In this document: positions 35,340 to 43,721 of the stretch, one piece after another
Position numbering within the stretch: the first letter of the stretch is position 1
How the letters are laid out: each line of letters opens with the position of its first letter
From: Limisphaerales bacterium
GTDB taxonomy: Bacteria > Verrucomicrobiota > Verrucomicrobiia > Limisphaerales > SIBE01
Direction: 5' to 3'
Assembly (NCBI GenBank): GCA_044225505.1
Contig: JBGAIN010000010.1
Span: 62,001 to 105,721 of the forward strand
DNA length: 43,721 nt
Notes under the pieces: model-generated
Seen by the model: the letters and a program-made list of their open reading frames with translations, nothing else
Database searches by the model: none
What the model was told of the DNA's origin: nothing
Program-made: the position numbers and the translations under genes

Positions 35340-35370
35340 GGGGCGCAGCTTTGGCTGCGCCTCTTTGTTT
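35340..35370 (+). terminator. Intrinsic terminator after the DUF4142 gene
   Basis: GGGGCGCAGC-TTTG-GCTGCGCCTC followed by TTTGTTT. Confidence 0.75.
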
Positions 35371-35498
35371 GTACGCCGCCGCCGCGCGGAATTCGGCCGG
35401 CCGCAGGCGCGATTGATGAATTGACCGCCGTCCGCCTTTCACGGAGACTAGCGCCAAAGCCGGAGAGGAGAGGAAATTGCTCGGCTTGAAATCGATCT

Positions 35499-36128
35499 AT
35501 GTTTTCCCTGCAACGGTTTTTAGGCAAAGAAGATAAGTTCTTCGACCTGCTCGAAGCGAGCGCGGCTGAGGCCTGCACTAGTGTTCGCGCTCTTGGCAAT
35601 TTTATTCGCAAACCAGACGGTTTGAAATCTCTCGACGAATTCATTCGCTCGCGCCGGAACGAGAAGAAGATCACGTCTCAAATTAGCGAAGCGCTCTGTA
35701 CGACGTTCGTCACTGCCTTGGAGCGGGAAGACATCGAAGCGCTTTCCGTTGCGCTTTACAAAATTCCCAAGACTGTCGAGAAGATCGGCGAAAGGATCTT
35801 GCTGGCACCGCAATACTTGCGTGGCGTGGATTTGAGCCGGCAATCAACGCTTTTGGAGAAGGCGGTTGAAACCGTGCTGTCGATGATTAAAGAACTGCGC
35901 CGGGGCGTTAACCTGGATCTGATTCGGGAGCATAACAGCCAGTTGCAGACGGTGGAAGGAGAGGCGGATAAACTGGTGCTGGAATTGTTGGGTGAACTTT
36001 ATTCCGGGAAGCACGATCCCATTACAGTGGTTTACCTGAAGGATTTATTCGAGTTGCTGGAGAAAGTGACCGACCGCTGCCGTGATGCGGGGAACGTCAT
36101 TAATCATATTGTGCTGAAGAACTCGTAG
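35499..36128 (+). CDS. DUF47 (PhoU-like) phosphate transport regulator
   Basis: KFFDLLE, TFVTALEREDI, EGEADK and LLEKVTDRCRDAGNVI...IVLKNS motifs; upstream of a PiT gene. Confidence 0.9.
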   Translation: MFSLQRFLGKEDKFFDLLEASAAEACTSVRALGNFIRKPDGLKSLDEFIRSRRNEKKITSQISEALCTTFVTALEREDIEALSVALYKIPKTVEKIGERILLAPQYLRGVDLSRQSTLLEKAVETVLSMIKELRRGVNLDLIREHNSQLQTVEGEADKLVLELLGELYSGKHDPITVVYLKDLFELLEKVTDRCRDAGNVINHIVLKNS

Positions 36129-36141
36129 GGAAACCGCTTTT

Positions 36142-37218
36142 ATGGTTTTCCTGTTTTGCGTCATCATCGCGGTCCTCGTGTTTACCTACACGAACGGATT
36201 CCACGATACCGCGAATTCGATTGCCACCGTCGTTTCCACTAAAGTTCTGACTCCGCGTCAGGCCATTCTTCTGGCCACGTTTTTTAACCTGATTGGAGCG
36301 TTGGCCGGCACCGCCGTCGCGACGACCGTGGGGAAAGGCATGGTCAACGCTGAATTCGTGACCATGACGACCGTCTTCTGCGCCATGCTCAGCGCGATCT
36401 TCTGGAACTTATTGACATGGTATTACGGCATCCCTTCCAGCTCGAGTCAGGGCTTGATCGGAGGCATCATTGGGGCGGCGCTGGCCTCTGCGCATGGCCG
36501 TTGGGACGTGATTCTGTGGAGCGTGCCGAGCGCAAAGCCATGGTGGGCCCGGGAAGGCGTTCTCTATAAAGTGGTCCTTCCCATGGTGACCTCACCGCTC
36601 TGCGGGCTGATCGTTGGCGCTCTGCTCATGACAGGGCTTTATTTCCTGCTCAGGAACTGGACTCCGCAAGCTGTTAACCGGGTCTTTGGCAAGTTGCAGC
36701 TTCTTAGCGCCTCTTACATGGGATTCAGCCATGGCACGAACGACGCCCAGAAAAGCATGGGGATTATGGCGCTCGCGCTTTACACCGCCACGAGCTTGCA
36801 TCAATTGGACCATCTGCCGCCAGTCTTGGGTTTCCTTTACACCCCGCGGTTTGAGATCCCGCTCTGGGTCCAGCTCCTCAGTGGCGTGACCATGGCGGCG
36901 GGGACAGCGTTGGGCGGTTGGCGAATCATTCGCACGTTGGGGCATAAGATGGTCCGGCTCCAGCCGGTGCACGGCTTCGCTGCCGAAACGACGGGGGCAA
37001 CGTTACTGCTTGTGACTGCGGAACTTGGCATGCCCGTTTCCACAACCCACGCCATCACCACCTCGATCATGGGTGTCGGAGCAGCGAAAAACTGGAAAGC
37101 GCTGAATCTTTTTGTGGTGGAGAAGATTGTCTGGGCCTGGATCCTCACTCTGCCAGCGACGGGCCTGCTCGCTTACCTCCTCGTCCGGTCCGCGCAGCTC
37201 TTTGGGAAAATGCCTTAG
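36142..37218 (+). CDS. pit: Inorganic phosphate transporter, PiT family
   Basis: Signatures NGFHDTANSIAT, GIPSSSS, HGTNDAQKSMG, GGWRIIRTLG and PVSTTH. Confidence 0.93.
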   Translation: MVFLFCVIIAVLVFTYTNGFHDTANSIATVVSTKVLTPRQAILLATFFNLIGALAGTAVATTVGKGMVNAEFVTMTTVFCAMLSAIFWNLLTWYYGIPSSSSQGLIGGIIGAALASAHGRWDVILWSVPSAKPWWAREGVLYKVVLPMVTSPLCGLIVGALLMTGLYFLLRNWTPQAVNRVFGKLQLLSASYMGFSHGTNDAQKSMGIMALALYTATSLHQLDHLPPVLGFLYTPRFEIPLWVQLLSGVTMAAGTALGGWRIIRTLGHKMVRLQPVHGFAAETTGATLLLVTAELGMPVSTTHAITTSIMGVGAAKNWKALNLFVVEKIVWAWILTLPATGLLAYLLVRSAQLFGKMP

Positions 37219-37413
37219 TCGCTGCTGTCCCTGACGGACCGGCTGGGAGAGACTCGGATCTTGCTGAGAGCGTGTAGTTTGCGCCCGAGTCCGCAATTTG
37301 TGGACATTCTGTGCAACGTTGCTTGCTGTGCAAGCAACCGGTTCTGGTGACTTTTTGTCACCATCGTCCCACCCCCGACGCTCACATAGAAAAGGACCGC
37401 TAAAGGGTCTAAC

Positions 37414-37521
37414 GGAACGCGGAATTTATTCCGCAGGAAGCCACGCTTGGTTTAGAGTGTCTGGAAATCTCGGTCGTGGCTTCCCAACGCGACCGTTCCT
37501 GCGGGGCAAAACCCCCGTTCC
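37414..37521. repeat. ~108-bp REPIN/MITE-like element, copy 2
   Basis: GGAACGCGGAATTTATTCCGCAGGAA ... TTCCTGCGGGGCAAAACCCCCGTTCC inverted ends; internal stem GGAAGCCACG/CGTGGCTTCC; lies between convergent genes. Confidence 0.7.
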
Positions 37522-37587
37522 CATGAAGTCACAAGAATTCGGACGTCAGTCACCCGCTTCGATACCCGTGCTTTGATTCAAACCGTA

Positions 37588-38730
37588 TCAACGAGGAGTG
37601 GCGTGGGCTTGCCCCCGGGGCGGGGCGGTGGGGGCTGGCTTTGGCCGTTCCATCTCGGGAAAGGGCAACCGGAGTTGTCGATCAGGAGCGGCGAGATGGC
37701 TGACGCCCAAGCCGATCAGCCTTAATGGCCGATGCACCAGTTTCCCACGGGCCAACAATTGGCAGCCGTGATGGTAAATCATTGCCGAATCGGCCGTTGG
37801 ATCCTGGAAAGTGATTTGTCGGCTGATGGTCGTGAAATCACCGTAGCGCACTCGCACTTCAACGGTGCGGGCGACCAAGCCTTTGCGTTGGAGTTCGGCG
37901 GCGATTTCTTCCGCTTGCTGGCGCAGTGTGCGCGCTAGAATCGGACGGTTAGCGGTGTCGTGGAGAAAGGTGTTCTCGCTGCTGATGCTTTTGACTTCGT
38001 CGGAGAGGTCGAGGGCTCGATCGTCGTCGCCTTGGGCGTAGCGTTTGAGTATTTCGCCAAACGATCCCAAGAGGGAGCGCAGATCGCCGCGATAGTCCTG
38101 CAGATCCCCGACGGTTATCAACCCCACGCTTTGCAGTTGGCGCGCGGTGACTTCACCGACCCCGTGCAGAACTCGGACGGGCAACGGCCGAAGAAAAGCA
38201 ACCTTGTTGGACTCCGGAATGAGAGTGAGGCCGTCGGGTTTTTGCTGATCGCTCGCGAGTTTTGCCAGCAGCTTGTTCGAGGCGAGGCCGATGCTCGCGG
38301 TGAGTTGGCGTTCGGCTCGAATCTGCTCTTTGATCGCCCGCGCCAGAGGCAAAGCCAGGGCCAGGCTGGCATCGGCCGTTTCCGCCTGGCAGAGGCTCGT
38401 GAACTCTAAATAAGCCTCGTCAATCGAGACTTGCTCAATCAATGCTCCGGTCTGCGCGACGAGGCGCATGACCTGCCTCGATTCCTCGCGGTAAAGCTCC
38501 ATGTTGGGCCGGACGAACACGCCAGCCGGACAAAGACGCCCAGCAGTCACGCTGGGCATGGCGGACCGCACTCCAAACTTGCGCGCTTCATAGCTTGCCG
38601 CGCAAACGACGCCACGCTGGTGCGGGGGGCTGCCCACGATGACTGGCCGCCCGCGGAGTTCGGGATGATCACGCTGCTCGATCGACGCGTAAAACGCGTC
38701 CATATCGATCAAGGCAATGACCCGGAACAT
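37588..38730 (-). CDS. dinB: DNA polymerase IV (Y-family)
   Basis: IDMDAFYASIEQRD, ASYEARKFGVRSAMP, SIDEAYL, NKLLAKLASD..KPDG, KSISSENTF and LRLIGLGV motifs. Confidence 0.95.
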   Translation of the reverse strand: MFRVIALIDMDAFYASIEQRDHPELRGRPVIVGSPPHQRGVVCAASYEARKFGVRSAMPSVTAGRLCPAGVFVRPNMELYREESRQVMRLVAQTGALIEQVSIDEAYLEFTSLCQAETADASLALALPLARAIKEQIRAERQLTASIGLASNKLLAKLASDQQKPDGLTLIPESNKVAFLRPLPVRVLHGVGEVTARQLQSVGLITVGDLQDYRGDLRSLLGSFGEILKRYAQGDDDRALDLSDEVKSISSENTFLHDTANRPILARTLRQQAEEIAAELQRKGLVARTVEVRVRYGDFTTISRQITFQDPTADSAMIYHHGCQLLARGKLVHRPLRLIGLGVSHLAAPDRQLRLPFPEMERPKPAPTAPPRGQAHATPR

Positions 38731-38816
38731 CCCGTCAGTAAGCCACAGCTCGTCACGATTTTACAGGAGATAAGCACAACCATCAGCCTAGTGCGGTGAC
38801 CACACTAGCTGCAGTC

Positions 38817-39287
38817 TCACGGCCCCTCGTGCGAAGGAGCTATTGTCGGCACCTTCGCAAGCTCGTTAAACTCGAGCCAATACCACTTGAACGCCTTGGC
38901 TAGTTCGCCCAGTTGTTCGGCGGTGGGCGGCTTGATTACGTAGGAGTTTGCGCCCAGTCGGTAGGCTTCCTGCCGATCAACTCGTTGGTTGGAGGACGTC
39001 AGCACAATCACCACGAGATCTTTGAACTCTCGTTGTTGTCGGATCCACGCCAGAACTTCGTGGCCGGACTTAACTGGCAGCTTAAGATCCAGGAACACCA
39101 CCGCTGGAAATGGAAACTGGTCGCGATCGCCGAATTGATTTCGTCCCGCAAGATATTCGATCGCTTGCTGACCGTCTTCGACGACCAGAAGACGGTTGCA
39201 AATGCCGGCTTGTTTCAACGCCAGCTTCATCAGCACGACGTCGTCGTCGTTATCTTCGACCAGCAGAATGGCTTGGCTCGTCTTCAT
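38817..39287 (-). CDS. Single-domain response regulator (CheY/Rcp1-like)
   Basis: MKTSQAILLVEDNDDD, VFLDLKLP, VIVLTSS and GANSYVIKP; ATGA overlap with the stop of the kinase remnant. Confidence 0.9.
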   Translation of the reverse strand: MKTSQAILLVEDNDDDVVLMKLALKQAGICNRLLVVEDGQQAIEYLAGRNQFGDRDQFPFPAVVFLDLKLPVKSGHEVLAWIRQQREFKDLVVIVLTSSNQRVDRQEAYRLGANSYVIKPPTAEQLGELAKAFKWYWLEFNELAKVPTIAPSHEGP

Positions 39288-39807
39288 GAAGCGCGTTTCA
39301 AAGTCAGCCAAGAACAACGGTCTCGACCGAGCTCCGACTCGAATCCCACTTCGCCACCCATAAGTTCCGCTGCCTTCTTGACGATGGCAAGGCCGATCCC
39401 GTTTCGCCCATCCGCGTCCGACGTGTCGCAGCCCGCAAATCAAATCTAGGTGGGTAATAATAATCTATCGTGCCGTCGAGCCGAGCTGCCCACACCATTG
39501 GGGGCGTGGAATCGGCCGGTTGACGGAAGAGACGATTGCCTGTTAGGAGGGTCCCTGATTCAGCGCTGGCCGAGTCGTTCGATGACTGGCCCAGCTGCTT
39601 CTCGGACGGCTCCGTGGCCTCGTTAACCAGGCCTGATGTCGTTCTCTCCGCGCTTGGCTTGGAAATCGCGGAGTCATCTCGGAATGCCCCATCAGCCTCC
39701 GTCGAAGACTCGAATTGCGATTCGCCAAAAGCCACAAATGACAATAATCCAGATTCACGTTGGGAAAATCGGGGAATCCCGGAAATTGAGGCTGGGGTCT
39801 TACGCAT
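39284..39807 (-). pseudogene. Collapsed PAS-domain sensor histidine kinase remnant
   Basis: One frame gives the PAS start LFRQPADSTPPMVWAARLDGTIDYY. About 50 nt later another frame gives the HATPase end GIGLAIVKKAAELMGGEVGFESELGR...WLTLKRAS*. HisKA and most of HATPase are missing. Confidence 0.75.
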
Positions 39808-39853
39808 GGAGAGTGAACCTGACTGGCGGATTCCAAGCTCATGTGCCTACGGG

Positions 39854-40099
39854 TTACGGTGCCGCAGCTTTTCGCATTGAATCTTCCTCGTGCACAGGGC
39901 GCTTCTTGGGCCGGCCGCCCAGAATGTCTTCGATGTAAACTCGTTTCACCAGGACCAGGAACGTGGCAGCGAGAGGAGTCGCCAACAAAACGCCGAGGAA
40001 GCCGAAGAGTGTTCCGAGCAGGACCACCGCCACGAGCACACCAACCGCTCCGCTCATCCACAAACGTCTCTGTGCACCTGAAAGCGGCTGTTTAAGCAT
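39854..40099 (-). pseudogene. C-terminal fragment of an AI-2E (PerM/TqsA) family transporter
   Basis: VLLGTLFGFLGVLLATPLAATFLVLVKRVYIEDILG matches the AI-2E C-terminus; no N-terminal portion is visible upstream. Confidence 0.65.
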
Positions 40100-40247
40100 C
40101 GAATTCCGGGACGTGGAATCACGGGGTGGAGCTCAGGTCGAGCCGCAAGTTGAAGATCCCGAGGTATAAAGGCTCGCACGAGCTGATTCTCGTCCTCAAA
40201 GGAGCCACTTCATCATCCGGTCCTTGCGAAAAGCGTGCCCCCATAGA

Positions 40248-42221
40248 ATGGTACTGGCCATGACGGCTGCGATTGATGAAACGGTTGATGATCACTCGAT
40301 GGCCAGAGGGCAGCGAGCAGGGTGGGCTAAAATAGCAGTTGTAACAATCAGCGCTCTGGTCCTCATGTTGGCAGGCGTGCGTGGCAAGCAACGTGCAAAC
40401 CAACAGGCCGTCATTGAACAGATGCGCCTTGCCCTCGATGGGATTTGCGAAGTGTTAGACAGTGAGCAGGCTGCCAAACAGACCTTCTTGGAGTTGGCCG
40501 GCTGGGAAGCGGAATCAGACCTACTCGGTCTTCGAACCAGTTCGAAGGTAGTGGCGTTGATCGACGAGGCTAGCCAGCAGGCTAAGGCCCTCGAGATTCG
40601 AGCTAAAGGGGCCTTGCCGGCGGCTGAGCGTGCTGAGCTCGGTCTTTACCGCGCCGCGGTGGCCGTTGTGGAAGGTCGCTTCGGTGATGCGCTCGCACTC
40701 TTGGCCGAAGTCGATCAACCCGGATTGTCCGATGGCGACGCTCTTTCATCGGCAGGGCGACCTATTCGTATCCTTCGTCTCCAAGCAGATGCCTTTTATG
40801 GCCTGCAGCGATGGCGGGAGGCACTTTTGAACTACAGGCGCCTGCGAAACTTATTCCCGAGCCGTGAATTAGCATCGGTGCGCATCGCGGACTGTTTGTG
40901 GGCATTGGATCTTAAGGACGAAGCGTCGAATATGTATCGAGAGGTTGCGAAGCGTAGGGGTGAGGAGAGTATTGGACAAATGCGCTCTGGGCAACTCGAA
41001 CGCGTCGCGAAGCAAACTTCTCGGGCCATTCAAATTCAGGTCCGGCTTCTGGCGATCTCTGAAGTTCCAGAGTTGCGCGCTGAGCTAGCTACGAGTTATA
41101 GCGTGCGTGGCAATGCTGAATGGGTGAATGGGAAGCTTTCTGAGTCGATCGCCGATTATGACGAGGCGATTCGGTTACAGACGGACGGGACTGTCCACGA
41201 GCGATCGGCGGAGGCAATTCGGCAATTGGCCTTGAGCTATAACGATCGGGGGAACGCGCTTTTGGCGGCCGGGCGATCGAAGGCGGCGAGCACAGATTAC
41301 GAGAAGGCGATTGAGCTGCAGACGAGTTTGTCAAGTCAGAATAGATCGAATGAGTTTGGGTATGAGCTCGCGGTCGGCCAAAAGAATCTAGCAAATGCTC
41401 TGTTGGCGCAACAACACCTAGTAGAGGCAGTTGCTCGTTATGATAAGGCCATTGGGGATCTCACTGCGCTTTTGGCGCGGGAAAGACAACGCGATTGGAT
41501 GGAGGAACTGGCTGTGTGCTGCAACAATCGCGGCGCGCTGGTCCGTACGCTAGGCAAACCGAGACTGGCTGCGGTTGATTTTGACCGTGCGATAGGAGTC
41601 CTCGAGCCGCTCGCTCGTCCGGCAGAAGAAGAGCCGTTGGCGCCCGTGTTGGGCCGCAGCCAGCGCTTTTCCCCTGCGCGTGCGACTCTGGACGTTCTTG
41701 TCGGCTGTACAGATAATGGTCTGGAGGTTATTAGCCGTGCACGAGTGTTTATGCAGCGCGAGAAGCGTGAGCCAACCGTTGCCTTGGCGGTCAGTTTAAG
41801 AAACCGCGGGTACACCCAGCTTTCGGAAAGCCAGCTGGAACGAGCGATCACCGATTTTGAGAAAGCAGCAAGTATTTTTGCACAGCTTGTCGATGACCGG
41901 GGTCTCACTGATTTTGGAGTCCAGTATGCCAAATCTCTCAATCCACTTGCTTGGATCTACGCGACGAATCCAGAGGGTCGGGTGCGAGATGGCCGCAAGG
42001 CTGAACAGTACGCTCGCCGGGCCTGTGATTTGACAGAGTGGAAAAGTTCCGTGCCTTTGGAATGCCTCGCAGCTGCCTCGGCGGAACTCGGCCAATTCGC
42101 GGAGGCGCTCAAGTGGCAGGAAAGAGCCTTATCCATTGTTTCTCCGCCCGGGAAGCGTGCCGCGCAGTCGCGCCTGGAACTTTACAGAGTTCTGAAGCCA
42201 TACCGCAACGCTGGGCTTTGA
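40248..42221 (+). CDS. Membrane-anchored tetratricopeptide repeat protein
   Basis: N-terminal TM; repeated LA.SY..RG......G....A..DY..AI.L units; C-terminal LAWIYAT.P...VRDG.KA...ARRAC.LT.WK...LAAA.AE.GQF.EA..WQ..A, common in PVC proteins. Start uncertain. Confidence 0.82.
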   Translation: MVLAMTAAIDETVDDHSMARGQRAGWAKIAVVTISALVLMLAGVRGKQRANQQAVIEQMRLALDGICEVLDSEQAAKQTFLELAGWEAESDLLGLRTSSKVVALIDEASQQAKALEIRAKGALPAAERAELGLYRAAVAVVEGRFGDALALLAEVDQPGLSDGDALSSAGRPIRILRLQADAFYGLQRWREALLNYRRLRNLFPSRELASVRIADCLWALDLKDEASNMYREVAKRRGEESIGQMRSGQLERVAKQTSRAIQIQVRLLAISEVPELRAELATSYSVRGNAEWVNGKLSESIADYDEAIRLQTDGTVHERSAEAIRQLALSYNDRGNALLAAGRSKAASTDYEKAIELQTSLSSQNRSNEFGYELAVGQKNLANALLAQQHLVEAVARYDKAIGDLTALLARERQRDWMEELAVCCNNRGALVRTLGKPRLAAVDFDRAIGVLEPLARPAEEEPLAPVLGRSQRFSPARATLDVLVGCTDNGLEVISRARVFMQREKREPTVALAVSLRNRGYTQLSESQLERAITDFEKAASIFAQLVDDRGLTDFGVQYAKSLNPLAWIYATNPEGRVRDGRKAEQYARRACDLTEWKSSVPLECLAAASAELGQFAEALKWQERALSIVSPPGKRAAQSRLELYRVLKPYRNAGL

Positions 42222-42266
42222 AACCGAGGAAACCCAATCAAGAAGCGTGTCACGACACGGGCTAAT

Positions 42267-43721
42267 TCAAGGTTCTGGGTTCACGGTTAAAGCTCCGTCA
42301 ATCTGACTCCGGCGTAAATGAACGAGTGGCTCTCGTTGCGTGATTTCCAAACCGGCGCGGCCGATCAAGTCAGTCTTCGATTCGGTGCAAAAAACAAAGT
42401 CGAATTCCTTAACTTGCTGGTCCAGTTCATGCCTTAAATTCCAACTGCGGCAGAGATACTGGGCAATCGGTGCGCGAAAGACTTGATAGCCCAAGATATC
42501 CTCGTAGGCCATTTCCCGGAATACCTTTCGCCAGCGGTAGCTCGGATAAAGAGCGGCGGGATACTCGGGCTTTCTCCAATCGAGTGCAGCACCATGTCTC
42601 AGCAAATCCACATTCGAACCGTCACGCAGTTTGGCCCATGCGACGTACCACCCATTCTTGGACGGGACTTCGTCAAACATGTTCCACTTTTGCGCTAATC
42701 CGCAAGCGGTTCGCAGGAAACTTGCATTAATCCACTCCGTCTGACCTGGGAGTGTTTTGATATTCGTCACGAGGACATAAGCCAATACGAACAGGCATAT
42801 CGCTTCTCTGCTGTTGGTGACCCAAGGAGGCGTGCGGATTTGCCTTCCAAAACGTTCGGTACGACTTGCACTACCTGCGACAGAAGGAAACGCGGCCACG
42901 CGACAACAATCCCAAACCTTGGTGGGCAAGAACAAAGTCAACCCGGCGATGGAAACCCACGAGAAGAGATCGACTTCCAGTAAAGCGGCGATTCCCAAGT
43001 GCATCAGGGCCAAAGCGGTAATTATTGCCACCCGAATCCAAGCCATTGATCCCAGGGCAAAGAGGAACAATGGCGCAACCCACTCAAGGACCAAGACGCC
43101 TACCGTGACAGCAGTCAACAACCGAGGGAATTGAAGCAAATACGTTCCAAGAGAGGTGGCGTAAAAGTTGTGAGCTAGGGTGCCGGCTATAATCTCGCCT
43201 CTCAGCCAGCCGCTGTTGGTCTTAAAGATGGCAGAGAAAAAATACACCTGTGCCATTTGCAGCAAAATGGCAGCGGTAGCGGCGGAGAAGATCGGGGTTG
43301 TTGCTGCGAATTCTCCTGCGTTCTTCGCTGGTTTCGCACGCCATGCGTCGAATGACCAAACCAAGCCTAGTGGCAGGAACATCGCCCAAAATAGGAGCAT
43401 GCGTAACAGAATGTCGGCGCCGCTCAGGATGGGTGGGACTCGGTGATGCAGCGAGACCAGCAGCAACCAGGATCCAATGGTGGCCACGCGAGTTTCGAGC
43501 CCAAGCACCAACGATATCGCGAGGGCAGCTGCAATCCCAAACAGGACTGCTTGGAATTCCCAGGATCCGTTGGCGAAGTGAAAGGACCAATTCCAAAATG
43601 AGGTGACGCGGTAGCAGATTTCCGTTCGGGTAAACATTCCGCCGTCGGTATACATTGCCTTCAAATCGCCGCTGCGTACGGCTAGATCAGTGAGTAGCAG
43701 AGTGCCGAGGATGATCCGGAA
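42267..43721 (-). CDS. HTTM-domain (vitamin K-dependent gamma-carboxylase-like) membrane protein, 5'-partial
   Basis: Open to the window edge (FRIILGTLLLTDLAVRSGDLKAMYTDGG); SLHHR.P.ILSGAD.LLR.LLFW..FLPLG..WSFD, YFFSAIFK, MHLGI, Q.W.MF and RWRK motifs. Confidence 0.85.
   Translation of the reverse strand, partial: FRIILGTLLLTDLAVRSGDLKAMYTDGGMFTRTEICYRVTSFWNWSFHFANGSWEFQAVLFGIAAALAISLVLGLETRVATIGSWLLLVSLHHRVPPILSGADILLRMLLFWAMFLPLGLVWSFDAWRAKPAKNAGEFAATTPIFSAATAAILLQMAQVYFFSAIFKTNSGWLRGEIIAGTLAHNFYATSLGTYLLQFPRLLTAVTVGVLVLEWVAPLFLFALGSMAWIRVAIITALALMHLGIAALLEVDLFSWVSIAGLTLFLPTKVWDCCRVAAFPSVAGSASRTERFGRQIRTPPWVTNSREAICLFVLAYVLVTNIKTLPGQTEWINASFLRTACGLAQKWNMFDEVPSKNGWYVAWAKLRDGSNVDLLRHGAALDWRKPEYPAALYPSYRWRKVFREMAYEDILGYQVFRAPIAQYLCRSWNLRHELDQQVKEFDFVFCTESKTDLIGRAGLEITQREPLVHLRRSQIDGALTVNPEP

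Overview
GC-rich bacterial chromosomal segment, most likely from a PVC-superphylum organism (probably Verrucomicrobiota subdivision 3; this is inferred from protein styles, not from a marker gene). In order, it contains: (1) the end of a urea/short-chain-amide ABC operon (urtBCDE) with formamidase fmdA and fmdB; (2) a six-gene operon behind a perfect FNR/DNR-type box, encoding a tetraheme cytochrome c, an NrfC/DsrO-like 4x[4Fe-4S] protein, an NrfD/DsrP-like membrane subunit, an octaheme HAO-family enzyme with Trp at the apparent P460 cross-link Tyr position (reductive type), an uncharacterised protein and an alginate-export-family beta-barrel, which together look like a complete NrfA-independent quinol:nitrite/hydroxylamine reductase system and are the best candidate for a novel system; (3) a YtrA/GntR-ABC operon with its operator; (4) an mlaEFD-pqiC-like operon carrying a patch of frameshifts; (5) cydAB, several secreted hydrolases and a frameshifted phospholipase D; (6) an unusual ~357-bp IR-bounded non-coding element holding two head-to-head arrays of 11-bp repeats; (7) a cytochrome c/PQQ-dehydrogenase fusion, DUF2293, DUF4142, DUF47-PiT and dinB; (8) a decayed two-component/AI-2E locus, then TPR and HTTM genes. 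Several REPIN/MITE-like palindromes are present. No tRNA, rRNA, CRISPR array, transposase or integrase was recognised. All calls come from motif reading by eye; no searches were run.
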